A DNA stretch of 64,000 nt. Source: Candidatus Aminicenantes bacterium. GTDB lineage: Bacteria > Acidobacteriota > Aminicenantia > Aminicenantales > UBA8522. The stretch spans positions 787,449 through 851,448 of the forward strand of contig CAVSCD010000011.1 of NCBI GenBank assembly GCA_963726335.1, written 5' to 3'. This document shows positions 46,785-56,423 of this stretch, one piece after another (the stretch's first letter is position 1; every line of letters starts with the position of its first letter). The position numbers and the translations under genes are program-made. Below the pieces are notes generated by a model that had not been told where the DNA came from, searched no databases, and saw only the letters and a list, made by a program, of their open reading frames with translations.

Positions 46785-47450
46785 ATGTCCCCTGTGCCCG
46801 CAGAGCCGCCAACGTATGACGAAAAATACTATCACGACCTTTACATCAAACCCGCCTTCACGCGCCTCGGCCTGAGCAAGCTGTACTATCTTTGGATCGC
46901 CTTTTTCTGTATCAAGCGGGCGGCTGGCCTGAAGCGGGGGGCGCGCGTCCTTGATTTCGGTTGCGGGATAGGCAACCTGGTCTGGGCCTTGAGGAAGATC
47001 GGATTGGAGGCTTATGGGATTGAACCCTCGGAGCCGGCCCGGCGGTACAGCCGCGCTCCGCGGCATTGCCGTTATGAAGACTCCCGCCGGCTGCCTTTTG
47101 AAAACAGGTCCTTTGATCTCGTTTACAGCCACGAGGTCTTGGAGCATTTATCACCCGGCGATTTGCGGCCCGCCCTCCACGAGATCTCGCGGGTCAGCCG
47201 AGGGAGGACCCTCCACATGATCTGCGTCAAGGAGCGGGGGGCATTCGTCAGCCAGGAACCGACGCATCTGATTATTGAGTCCGAGTCATGGTGGAAAGGG
47301 CTGTTTGAAAACCAGGGCTACAAGGTCAGGACGGGGAATCCTGTGTATTTTTTCCCTTTCATTCCCTACTTGTTCGCTCGGACGCTGAATGTCCTCGCCA
47401 TCGGGAAGGGCTATTTCCTGCTGGACGAGCGCCGTGGCGGGAAGCTCTAG
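46785..47450 (+). CDS. Class I SAM-dependent methyltransferase
   Basis: VLDFGCGIGNL glycine-rich SAM-binding motif, Methyltransf_11-like; SD GGAAGGAG upstream. Confidence 0.75.
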   Translation: MSPVPAEPPTYDEKYYHDLYIKPAFTRLGLSKLYYLWIAFFCIKRAAGLKRGARVLDFGCGIGNLVWALRKIGLEAYGIEPSEPARRYSRAPRHCRYEDSRRLPFENRSFDLVYSHEVLEHLSPGDLRPALHEISRVSRGRTLHMICVKERGAFVSQEPTHLIIESESWWKGLFENQGYKVRTGNPVYFFPFIPYLFARTLNVLAIGKGYFLLDERRGGKL

Positions 47451-49204
47451 AGCGGGGTCAGCTCGAAGTAGGGAGCCTGCGCGGAATTGCGCAGCCGGAA
47501 GAATTGACGGTCTGGAAATCGTTCCCGCAGTTTCTGTTCGACATCGGGAATGTCGTGCAGGATCAAGATCTTGTCGGTCAAGTCCGGCCTGGCCCGGCGC
47601 CACTCGAATACCCAGCTCCCGATCGACCTGAAATACCCGTTGGCCAGCCAGAGGGACCCGAACTGAGGGGCCAGAATCACGGCTTTGTCCACTTTTCTCT
47701 CGAGGATGCTGTTATCGATGAAGCCGTAAATGTAGCTTTGGATCGAAGCCTGACGGTTGAGGGCCCGGGATTGCCAGAGATTGAAGACCCCGAGACCGAG
47801 AGCCAGGGTGCAGACGAGAACGCTGGCCGGTACCAGGAAGGAGATGTTCCCTTTTTTTAGCCAGTTCTTTATCCGGAACAGGCCGAAGACGGAGATGATG
47901 ATCAGGGGGGCCAGGCACTCGGAATAGTGGATCGGGCCGACGGCGTGAAGTCCCTGGTTATCATGGAATAGCCCCATGCTGAGGACCGCTCCGACGCCCA
48001 AACCAAGGAGCTTGGTGAACTTGTCTGTCAGGAGCCCGGAGACGATCAATAGGATGCCTAAAGGCCCCAGGAACCAGATCGCGAGCATGAACAGGTTATA
48101 GCTTGAATTAGCGCCGAACCTGTTCCACAGCGATCCCGTCGCCAGCGTCTTGGCGGGGCCTTCAGCGGAGAAGCGGGGCGGGAACAATGGATCTCCGGTG
48201 ATAAGAAAATTGTAGAGGAAGAAAAGCGCGACGGGAATCAGGCATCCGGCGAGAAGTCCGAAAACGGGCTTGACCGACCGGCCTGTCTTCGAAAACGCTC
48301 GCCAGACGGCATGCGCCGCGAGCGGCAGCAAGAGGAAGCCGGTCTCAATAGGCCGGACGCAGAAGCTAACCCCGGCCGCCAGTCCGGTCAGGGCCCAGAG
48401 CCACCAGCTCTGTTTTTCCTCAGCGAGGAAATACAGAAGCAGTGTCATGCTGATCGTCGCCCTTGAGAGCAGGTGGGCGTGAGTTGTCGTCGAGAGCGTA
48501 AAGGCCATGGGGGAGAAGAGGGTGAGCGCGCCGGCGATCAGCCCATATCCGGGTGACAGCCGCCGGCCCAGGATGACCGCCAGGCAGAAAGCGGGAACGG
48601 CGGCGGCCAGGGCGAAAATCCACGGCCCCGTCCCGGTGAATTCGGCGATCGCCCAGGCCGCCAGCACGCCGGGCCAATCAAAGCTCGTAATCAAGCCGTC
48701 TTTGAAGTACAAAAAGAGCTTGGAAAAGGCCTCATAGGGTTGGGGGGCGGGCACGCCGAGCTTTCCCAGGGCCAGGACCTGGCCGCCGAATTGAGTCGCA
48801 TACTCGTCGTCGGTAAAGGGGAAGTCAAGCATGACCAGCGAATGGAGTATCCGGGCCAAGGCGGCGAGCAACACGAACCCGACAATCAGCGCCGCCGCCT
48901 TCTCGCCCCGGCTCAGGCTCTCGACCCGGCCCCATAGCTGCCTCAGACGGGGGCCCAGAACAGGGCTCAGCGCGTACCCGATCAGGCAGGCTCCCGGGAA
49001 CAGTAGAAGCGCGTGGGCCAGCCAGAAATAGGCTTCTCCCGGCGATGAATAGGTGAACGGTGGATGAAAGGTGACGCTGAGCCTGGTGGCCGTCTCGGCC
49101 AACCCAAAAAACGAAAGGAAAAGCAACGATCCGAACACCAAGGCGACGGACCGCTCCTTCCCGAGGCTGAAGAGAGAGAGCTCTCTTGCCTTGTTATTAT
49201 CCAT
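47447..49204 (-). CDS. GT-C fold membrane glycosyltransferase, ArnT/PMT-like (GT39/GT83-like)
   Basis: 585 aa, about 12 TM segments; loop-1 acidic motif FPFTDDEYATQF after TM1 as in ArnT/PMT. Confidence 0.7.
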   Translation of the reverse strand: MDNNKARELSLFSLGKERSVALVFGSLLFLSFFGLAETATRLSVTFHPPFTYSSPGEAYFWLAHALLLFPGACLIGYALSPVLGPRLRQLWGRVESLSRGEKAAALIVGFVLLAALARILHSLVMLDFPFTDDEYATQFGGQVLALGKLGVPAPQPYEAFSKLFLYFKDGLITSFDWPGVLAAWAIAEFTGTGPWIFALAAAVPAFCLAVILGRRLSPGYGLIAGALTLFSPMAFTLSTTTHAHLLSRATISMTLLLYFLAEEKQSWWLWALTGLAAGVSFCVRPIETGFLLLPLAAHAVWRAFSKTGRSVKPVFGLLAGCLIPVALFFLYNFLITGDPLFPPRFSAEGPAKTLATGSLWNRFGANSSYNLFMLAIWFLGPLGILLIVSGLLTDKFTKLLGLGVGAVLSMGLFHDNQGLHAVGPIHYSECLAPLIIISVFGLFRIKNWLKKGNISFLVPASVLVCTLALGLGVFNLWQSRALNRQASIQSYIYGFIDNSILERKVDKAVILAPQFGSLWLANGYFRSIGSWVFEWRRARPDLTDKILILHDIPDVEQKLRERFPDRQFFRLRNSAQAPYFELTPL

Positions 49205-49270
49205 GCCGCTTTATTTTAGGCTAAGCGCAATTCTTGTCAACAAAAATGGTCCTCGCACGAGACCGGCGGC

Positions 49271-49957
49271 CTAATCAAAAAACCTGAACCGCACGATGTG
49301 GAAAAGCGCGGCGACGCCGTCCTTCCAGCCGATCTTCTTGCCCTCCGAGTAATCGCGGCCCGCATAAGAAATCGGCACCTCATAGACCCGGGAGTTGAGC
49401 TTGGCGACCTTGAGCGTGATCTCGGGCTCGACCCCGAACCGCTTGGACTTAAGCCGGATCTTCTGGAGGACTTCCCGCCGGAAGACCTTGTAGCAGGTCT
49501 CCATGTCGGTCAGGTTCAGGTTGGACGCCATGTTGGAGAGCGTCGTCAGGAGGCGGTTGCCGACGGAATGCCAGAAATAGAGGACCCGGTGCGGGCCGCC
49601 CAGGAAGCGGCTTCCGTAGACGACGTCCGCCCGGCCCTCCAGGATGGGGGCCAGGAGCTTCGGGTACTCGCGCGGGTCATATTCCAGGTCGGCGTCCTGG
49701 ACGAGCACGATATCTCCGCCGGCCTCCGAAAACCCGGTCCGCAGGGCGCCGCCTTTTCCTGTATTCTTCTCATGGAGGACGACCCTGACATCTTCGGCGG
49801 ACAGCCGCCTGAGAATGTCGCGGGTGCCGTCGGTCGAACCGTCGTCGACCACCACGATCTCTTTCTCCAGGCCGACGTCCACCGCCTGGACGCGGCGGAT
49901 GATCTCCTCGACGGTGGACTTTTCGTTGTAAACCGGGATCACGACGGAGAGCTTCAT
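49271..49957 (-). CDS. GT2 polyprenyl-phosphate sugar synthase (DPM1/ArnC/RgtE-like, soluble-type)
   Basis: 228 aa; [19 protein letters not shown]...[11 protein letters not shown]...[14 protein letters not shown]2 motifs. Confidence 0.8.
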   Translation of the reverse strand: MKLSVVIPVYNEKSTVEEIIRRVQAVDVGLEKEIVVVDDGSTDGTRDILRRLSAEDVRVVLHEKNTGKGGALRTGFSEAGGDIVLVQDADLEYDPREYPKLLAPILEGRADVVYGSRFLGGPHRVLYFWHSVGNRLLTTLSNMASNLNLTDMETCYKVFRREVLQKIRLKSKRFGVEPEITLKVAKLNSRVYEVPISYAGRDYSEGKKIGWKDGVAALFHIVRFRFFD

Positions 49958-49981
49958 GAGCGCGGCGGCCCCTCTATCAGG

Positions 49982-50920
49982 CTATGCGGATTTCAGCTTA
50001 TCGCGAAAATAGGGGATGGTCTTCGTCAGCCCCTCCTCGAGCGCGACCCGGGGCTCCCAGCCCAGCTTCTCCCTGGCCAGGGAGATATCCGGGCAGCGTT
50101 TGACCGGGTCGTCGGAGGGCAGCGGCCGGTGCTCGATCCCGGAACGGCTGCCGGTGAGCCGCAGCACCTTCTCCGCCAGCTCGAGGACGGTGAACTCGCC
50201 CGGGTTCCCGATGTTGACGGGGCCGTGGAAATCCTCGACGTTCATCAGCCGGACCAGGCCGTCGATGAGGTCGGAGTAGAAACCGAAAGACCGCGTCTGG
50301 GTGCCGTCGCCGTAGACGGTCAGGCTTTCCCCGCGCAGCGCCTGGACGATGAAGTTGCTGACCACCCGGCCGTCGTCCACGGCCATCCGCGGCCCGTAGG
50401 TGTTGAAGATCCTGGCGATCCGGGTGTCGACACGGTTCTGCCGGTGGTAATCCCTCATCAGCGTCTCGGCGACGCGCTTCCCCTCGTCGTAGCAGCTCCG
50501 CACGCCGATGGGGTTCACGTTGCCCCAGTACGACTCGTTCTGGGGATGGACCTTGGCGTCGCCGTACACCTCGGATGACGACGTCAGGAGGATCCGGGCC
50601 TTGATGCGCTTGGCCAGCCCGAGCATGTTGATCGTGCCCATGACGCTGGTCTTGACGGTCTTGATGGGGTTCCGCTGGTAGTGGATCGGCGAGGCCGGGC
50701 AGGCCAGGTGGTAGATCTGGTCCACCTCGATGAACAGCGGGTGGATGACGTCGTGGCGGATCAGCTCGAAATAGGAGTGGTCGAGAAGGTGCCGGATGTT
50801 GTCCTTGCTTCCCGAGAAAAAATTGTCGATGCAGACGACGTCATTGCCTTGGCCCAGGAGGTACTCGGCGAGATGGCTGCCGAGAAACCCCGCCCCGCCC
50901 GTTATCAGGATCCTCTTCAC
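49982..50920 (-). CDS. UDP-glucuronate decarboxylase (UDP-xylose synthase, UXS) of the extended SDR family
   Basis: [44 protein letters not shown]; these motifs match UXS rather than GlcA 4-epimerase; GTG start overlaps rph stop (GTGA). Confidence 0.85.
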   Translation of the reverse strand: MKRILITGGAGFLGSHLAEYLLGQGNDVVCIDNFFSGSKDNIRHLLDHSYFELIRHDVIHPLFIEVDQIYHLACPASPIHYQRNPIKTVKTSVMGTINMLGLAKRIKARILLTSSSEVYGDAKVHPQNESYWGNVNPIGVRSCYDEGKRVAETLMRDYHRQNRVDTRIARIFNTYGPRMAVDDGRVVSNFIVQALRGESLTVYGDGTQTRSFGFYSDLIDGLVRLMNVEDFHGPVNIGNPGEFTVLELAEKVLRLTGSRSGIEHRPLPSDDPVKRCPDISLAREKLGWEPRVALEEGLTKTIPYFRDKLKSA

Positions 50921-51672
50921 GGCTCGCTCCTCTCCCCGTAGGCCATGAACATCATGCTTTTTTTCTTGAGCACGGTCTTCTGCATCTGGATGAGCTCCTT
51001 GATCCCTTTGTCGGCGAGCTTCAGAAGGTCGCCCAGGTCCTTCCTGGAGAAGGGCTCCCGCTCCGCGGTCGCCTGGACCTCGACGAGCTGGCCGCCGTCG
51101 GTCTCGACCACGTTCATGTCGATCTCGGCCTGGGAATCCTCGGTGTATTCGAGGTCGAGGAGAAGCTCGCCGCGGACGACGCCGACGCTCGCGCCGGCGA
51201 CAAGATGCCGGAGCGGCATCTTGCGGATGATGCCGCGATCGAGAAGCTTCTTCAAGGCCAGCGCCAGGGCCACGCAGCCGACCGTCACCGAGGCCGTCCG
51301 CGTTCCGCCGTCGGCCTGGATCACGTCGCAGTCCACCATGATCGTGCGCTCCCCGAGCGCCTCCATATCGGTGACCGCCCTCAAGGAGCGGCCGATCAGC
51401 CGCTGGATCTCCTGGGTGCGCCCGGACATCCTTCCCTGGGTCCTTTCGCGCGCGCTCCTCTTTTCGGTGGCGCAGGGCAGCATGGCGTACTCGGCCGTGA
51501 TCCAGCCCGTGCCCCTGCCCTTGAGGAACGGCGGGGCCTTTTCGTCCACCGTGGCCGAGGCGGCGACCCGGGTCTTGCCGACCTCGATGAAGGCGGAGCC
51601 GTCGGCGTAATCAAAATAGTCCGTGTGGATCCGGACCGGCCTCAATTCGTCGATGGCGCGTTTTTCCCTCAT
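50917..51672 (-). CDS. rph: Ribonuclease PH
   Basis: 251 aa; RNase PH core ([16 protein letters not shown]...). Confidence 0.9.
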   Translation of the reverse strand: MREKRAIDELRPVRIHTDYFDYADGSAFIEVGKTRVAASATVDEKAPPFLKGRGTGWITAEYAMLPCATEKRSARERTQGRMSGRTQEIQRLIGRSLRAVTDMEALGERTIMVDCDVIQADGGTRTASVTVGCVALALALKKLLDRGIIRKMPLRHLVAGASVGVVRGELLLDLEYTEDSQAEIDMNVVETDGGQLVEVQATAEREPFSRKDLGDLLKLADKGIKELIQMQKTVLKKKSMMFMAYGERSEP

Positions 51673-51683
51673 GAGCGTATACC

Positions 51684-52625
51684 TCAGGCTTTGTTTTGGC
51701 GTCCGGCCCCGGCTGAGCGCGGCGTGTCGGGCGGCCGGGTTTTCCAGCGGTTGTGGAACCAGAACCAGAGGCCCGGGTTTTGCCGGATTTCCGACTCGAT
51801 CATCTTAGTGCAATGCCGGGTGATTTTCAACACGTCCTCATCCAGGCTGCCGGAGAGCTCGACTTCGACGGGCGGGCCGATCCTGATTGTGTATGAGAAC
51901 GAGGGTGTCGGGTAGCAGAAGATCGGCAGCAGGGGCGAGCGGGCGCGCGCGTAAAACGACCCCACGGCGGGCGTCGTGGCCGCCGGCCGGCCGAAAAAGT
52001 CGACGAACACGGCCTGGCTGCGGAGGACGTTCTGGTCCATCAGGATGGCGACAGCTTCGTTATGGCGGAGGGCCTGGAGGACGGGCTTCGCGGCCTGGAA
52101 TTTCGAGATGACGCGTGCCCCCAGCGATTTCCTTAACCGGAGGAGCCACCGCTCGAGCACCCGGCTGTCCAGGGGCCTGGCGACGACGCTCAGCCGGGCG
52201 AAGCGCGAAACGGCGAGCGACGCGACCTCCCAATTGCCGAAATGAGCGGAGAAGAGGATGGCCCCCCGGCCTTTCTCGAGGGCCAAGCGAAGATGGTCAC
52301 CGCCCTCAAGGGACAAGAGCCGCAGCCTTTTGCGGTGGCCGAGATGTGTCCATTTAACGGTGTCGGCCATGACCCGGCCGAATGTTATAAATGATTCCCG
52401 GGCGATCCGTTGCCGTTCTCCGGGCGTGAGGTCCTTGCCGAGTGCTGTCTGGAGGTTGGCGAGGACGAGATCCCGGTGCCGCCTGTCGGCCCGGAAAAGG
52501 AACGCGCCCAACAGCCGGCCCAATCCCAGGCAGGCTTTCCTCGGCAGGACGAAGAACAGCGCTTGGATGGCGCCGAAAACGCAGAAGATCAGCAGGTCGA
52601 CGGTTTTCGACGTTCTTTTGGGCAT
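51684..52625 (-). CDS. lpxL: Lipid A biosynthesis late acyltransferase (LpxL/HtrB family)
   Basis: 313 aa; N-terminal TM, lysophospholipid acyltransferase core with FSAHFGNWE motif. Confidence 0.75.
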   Translation of the reverse strand: MPKRTSKTVDLLIFCVFGAIQALFFVLPRKACLGLGRLLGAFLFRADRRHRDLVLANLQTALGKDLTPGERQRIARESFITFGRVMADTVKWTHLGHRKRLRLLSLEGGDHLRLALEKGRGAILFSAHFGNWEVASLAVSRFARLSVVARPLDSRVLERWLLRLRKSLGARVISKFQAAKPVLQALRHNEAVAILMDQNVLRSQAVFVDFFGRPAATTPAVGSFYARARSPLLPIFCYPTPSFSYTIRIGPPVEVELSGSLDEDVLKITRHCTKMIESEIRQNPGLWFWFHNRWKTRPPDTPRSAGAGRQNKA

Positions 52626-53647
52626 CAGGACCGCGGAAATCTCCGGAGGGCCGCCTCCAGCAGTTCGAAAAACCCGGGGTCGATCGACAGCCCGATCTCG
52701 AGGACATAGACCGGAAGGCCGGTGAAGCGCGTGGACCGATCAGCGAGCTTCACGGCGTCCTTCGCCGTCGTTATCGCCGAGGCGGCGCCGGCCGTGCGCG
52801 CGGTCCGCAGGATCTTTTCGATGGACGCCCGGGGATAGGCATGATGGTCGGGGAATGTCAGGAAAGCCGCGGGCTTGATGCCCTGGCTTTCGAGCGATCG
52901 GAGAAACCGTTCGGGCCGGGCGATCCCGCAAAAGGCGAGAACGGGAAGGTCATTAAGGTTCTCCGTCGATAACGGGGCATCGCTTCCCACAAGGTGAAAC
53001 CCGCGGGCCACAACTTCATAGGGGAGGGGCCGGCCGGGGAAAACGGAGGGGATCCCGATCTCGCGGACTTCTGCGAGATCTTCTTTTTCGACCAGGATGA
53101 CGCCGGCGCGCCTCAAGCCTGAGGCGGACTCGCGGAGCACGGCTTTCCGGGACGGCGAATAGACCACGATATCGAGGTCGCGGCCAAGCCGCCTGTGCTG
53201 AAAGCCGTCATCCAGGACGGCCACGTCGAACCCCATCTCCAGCGCTCTCTGGCACGACGCCAGGCGGTTCTTTCCGACAAATACGCCCGCTCCAGGGAGG
53301 GCCTTGGCCGCCATGAACGGCTCGTCACCGCTGTCCCTCCAGGTGCCGGCGGTCCGGGTCCCGTCCGAGATCATGCCGCCCGTCTTTTCCCAGCGGCCCC
53401 GATACCCCCTGGACACGAGCGCGGGCTTCCGTCCATGAGCCGCAAGCCAGGAGATGACCTCGATGGCCAGGGGCGTCTTGCCCGTCCCGCCCAGGCTGAT
53501 ATTGCCCACGCTGACGACCGACAGGGGCGCGATCCCGGGTTTGAAGATGCCCTTGTCATAGAGGATGTTCTTGATGCCGGATACGAAACGGGAGATCAGG
53601 GAATACAGCCGCAAGATAAGGTCCATGCGATCCGGACTATACAACAT
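52625..53647 (-). CDS. lpxK: Tetraacyldisaccharide 4'-kinase
   Basis: Start at MLYSPDRMDL; P-loop SVGNISLGGTGKTP; stop overlaps lpxL start by 1 nt (TGATG). Confidence 0.85.
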   Translation of the reverse strand: MLYSPDRMDLILRLYSLISRFVSGIKNILYDKGIFKPGIAPLSVVSVGNISLGGTGKTPLAIEVISWLAAHGRKPALVSRGYRGRWEKTGGMISDGTRTAGTWRDSGDEPFMAAKALPGAGVFVGKNRLASCQRALEMGFDVAVLDDGFQHRRLGRDLDIVVYSPSRKAVLRESASGLRRAGVILVEKEDLAEVREIGIPSVFPGRPLPYEVVARGFHLVGSDAPLSTENLNDLPVLAFCGIARPERFLRSLESQGIKPAAFLTFPDHHAYPRASIEKILRTARTAGAASAITTAKDAVKLADRSTRFTGLPVYVLEIGLSIDPGFFELLEAALRRFPRS

Positions 53648-53906
53648 CCCCCCTCCATTTTTCAATTTCGGGACAGGCCCCGGCCTGTGCCTAACGCGTG
53701 GAAACAAAGGGGGGGGGCATGGCGCCAGTCCCTGCGCGCCCGGAGCGACGGGGCCCCCTTTCCGCTGGGAGGGCGCTAACCATCGTTGATGGGTGAGGCG
53801 AGAGGACGCACGGCGACGCGCCATGACTGGACCCTCCTGACCTTGGCTTTACTTGACCCGGCCGTTTCCATATAATGACCCTGACTTTTCAACGAGGAGA
53901 AGGGCG

Positions 53907-54776
53907 ATGTTCAAGAGAATGACGATATCTGTACTTCTGTCGGCCTTGGCGATCATCGGCCTGGCGTCTTGCCAGAAGCAGGCCAAGGTCGAGGGCGTCG
54001 ACCTTTCGGTCGGGTTTTCCGACAGGACGCTCACCGACAACCTGATCACGGAAATGAAATATACCTGGAAGACCGCGGGCGAGTTCGCCAAGCTCCCCAA
54101 GGATTACACGGTCTATGTTCATTTCTGGCACGGCAGCAACCTGCTTTTCCAGGACGACCATACGCCCCAGGTCCCCACGACCAAGTGGGAGCCGGGCCAG
54201 GAGTACACCTACCAGCGGCGGATCTATGTCCCGTCCTTCATCGACGAGTTCGACCCCTCGTTCAAGGGAGAAGAAGAGCTGAAGCTCGTCGTCGGCTTCT
54301 ATAACCCCTACGACCGGACCGGCGAGACCAAGCGGGAGATCCTCAACCGGAAGCTCAGGGTTCTGCCGCCGCCCCCCGACGTGCCCGAGATCTTCTACGA
54401 AAAGGGATGGTATGACCTCGAGGTCGATCCCCAGTCACCCCTCAAGCAGTGGCACTGGCTGGGGCCCGAGGCGCGGTGCCTGATCGACAACCCGGGGCGC
54501 GACGCCCTGCTCGTCATCCGGGGCGGCGTCAACAAGGACGTTCTTCCCAACCAGAAGGTCATCTTCAAAATCAACGACCTCGTCCTCGATGAGTTCGTTC
54601 CGGCGGAAGCCGTTTTCGAGAAAAGCTACAACATCAAGAAGGAAATGCTCGGGGACCAGGACGAGTTCAGCCTGATCATCACGACCGACCAGACCTTTGT
54701 CCCGGCGAAGCTCAATCCGCAGTCCAAGGACGAACGAGAGCTTGCTTTCCAGGTCTCCTTCATCTATTTCCGCTGA
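53907..54776 (+). CDS. Lipoprotein of unknown function
   Basis: SD AGGAGAAG; signal peptide with lipobox LASC; no recognisable catalytic motif. Confidence 0.5.
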   Translation: MFKRMTISVLLSALAIIGLASCQKQAKVEGVDLSVGFSDRTLTDNLITEMKYTWKTAGEFAKLPKDYTVYVHFWHGSNLLFQDDHTPQVPTTKWEPGQEYTYQRRIYVPSFIDEFDPSFKGEEELKLVVGFYNPYDRTGETKREILNRKLRVLPPPPDVPEIFYEKGWYDLEVDPQSPLKQWHWLGPEARCLIDNPGRDALLVIRGGVNKDVLPNQKVIFKINDLVLDEFVPAEAVFEKSYNIKKEMLGDQDEFSLIITTDQTFVPAKLNPQSKDERELAFQVSFIYFR

Positions 54777-54792
54777 GCCGCGGACCGGGCGC

Positions 54793-55392
54793 TTATTTGA
54801 TCCAGAGCTGCGGGGTGGACTCTTTTTTCGCCTCGCCGAGTGATCTCTCGAACTCCAGGCGGGCCTTGGTTTCCTCTTCCTGTGCCGTATGCAGCTTGGC
54901 GTAAGTCTCGCTGATGGACTGGCGCACCGCGTCTTGGGCATGCGGATCGCGCAACCCGTTGAACTCCTGCCAAAGGGCGCTCATCTTCAGGGTCAAAAGC
55001 TCGACGTATTCCTTGGACTTGTCCCAGCGTTCCTGAAGCACCTGGAGGGTCGCCGGGACAGCAGCGGGCCCCGGCGGTGAGCCGGCCGTCGCGGGCGTCT
55101 CAGGCGGGTTCGCCGCCGCCGCGGCCGAAGTCTCGTTTAAAGCGGCTCGTTCGGACTCCGCCGTGGAAGGCAGGGCGGCCGGTGCGGCGGGAGGCGCTTC
55201 ACCGACATCGACCGCGGGCTTCCTTTTGACCTTGCCCAGCTCCGCGTTCGTGACCACGACAACCTTCTGCCCTTTCAGCGCGGCCCGGCGCTCCCGCTCT
55301 TTTTGGGCGATCTCCGCCAGGCTCTGCGAGAGAAGCATGGAACTCAGGAGCAGGGGGGCGACGGTCAGTGCGACCCATCTTTTTGCCGGCAT
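54793..55392 (-). CDS. Secreted hypothetical protein (signal peptide, Ala/Pro-rich linker, C-terminal helical domain)
   Basis: 199-aa ORF; N-terminal signal-like LTVAPLLLSSMLLSQSLA; no family assignment possible. Confidence 0.4.
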   Translation of the reverse strand: MPAKRWVALTVAPLLLSSMLLSQSLAEIAQKERERRAALKGQKVVVVTNAELGKVKRKPAVDVGEAPPAAPAALPSTAESERAALNETSAAAAANPPETPATAGSPPGPAAVPATLQVLQERWDKSKEYVELLTLKMSALWQEFNGLRDPHAQDAVRQSISETYAKLHTAQEEETKARLEFERSLGEAKKESTPQLWIK

Positions 55393-55528
55393 GACGAATT
55401 CATGTTATCGCACTCCTCTCGAGGAATCAAACGCCGAGGCGGTCTAATGGTGCACTCCAGAAAATTTGCCGGTCAGCCAGGGTCGCTTGCCAAAGGGACC
55501 GCAAACCTGATTAAATGAGGGCCGGACG

Positions 55529-56423
55529 GTGCGCTCCGCGATGAAACAGGAAGATTCCATAGACTACGTCCTCAAATATCAACAGCCTGACGGCGGATTT
55601 CCCTACCTGCCGTCCGGCCGGTCGGTCCTTGAATCGACGGCCTTCAGCCTGCTGGCCGTCCGGGGGCGCGACCCGGAAAGCGGCGCTCCTGGAGAAGGCC
55701 GCCGCCTTCCTGACGTCACTTCAAAACAAGGACGGCGGGTTTTTTCTTTTTCCCGGCGATAACCTGAGCTCGGCCTACGGAACGGCCCTGGCCGCTATCG
55801 CGCTCAAGACCGCTGGACGCGGCGGTTTACGCGCCCCGCCTCGACGAGGCCGCTTTTTATCTGCGAAATAACCACAAGTTACGCCAGACATCCCGACCTG
55901 GATAGGACGTCTGGGGCTGGAACGATTACACGTTTGTCGGCACTCGAGCCCTCCGCCATGGCCGTCCTCGCGCTCAAGCACCTCGGTTCGCTGCCGGAAG
56001 GCCGCGGGGCTCAGGCCGAACAGTTCTTCGCCCATACGAAATGCGACCACGGAGGCTGGTCATACGGCGCTCCCACGGATAAAAACGATCCCGAGAGCTC
56101 CGTCGCCGGTCTGCACGGTGCTTCCGCCCCATCTCCACGTCACGGCGCTGGTCATGCTCGCCATGCAGGATAAAAAGGACGCTTTCCGGGACGGCCTTAA
56201 GATCATCGATGATGCCTTTCCCGGGTCCCGCTGCCCGCTCTCCCTGTCCCTGAGCGCCCTCGCCGTCCACTGCTACGGACGGGACAACCGCCGCCTCCTC
56301 GACCGCCTGAACGCGCTTATGATGGAAGACTCCCAGGTTCGGGACATCGTGTTTTATCGCGCCCTGGCGGCGCTGGCGAACCTGACCCAGGAGGACAAGA
56401 ACCCGCTGCGCCTCGGCGGGTGA
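55529..56423 (+). pseudogene. Prenyltransferase/squalene-oxidase-repeat (terpene-cyclase-like) protein, fragmented by at least three or four frameshifts
   Basis: Four overlapping ORFs in alternating frames (55529, 55629, 55934, 56118) each carrying QxxDGGF/W-type repeats (QQPDGGFPY, NKDGGFFLF, DHGGWSYG) and reading on from each other. Confidence 0.5.
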
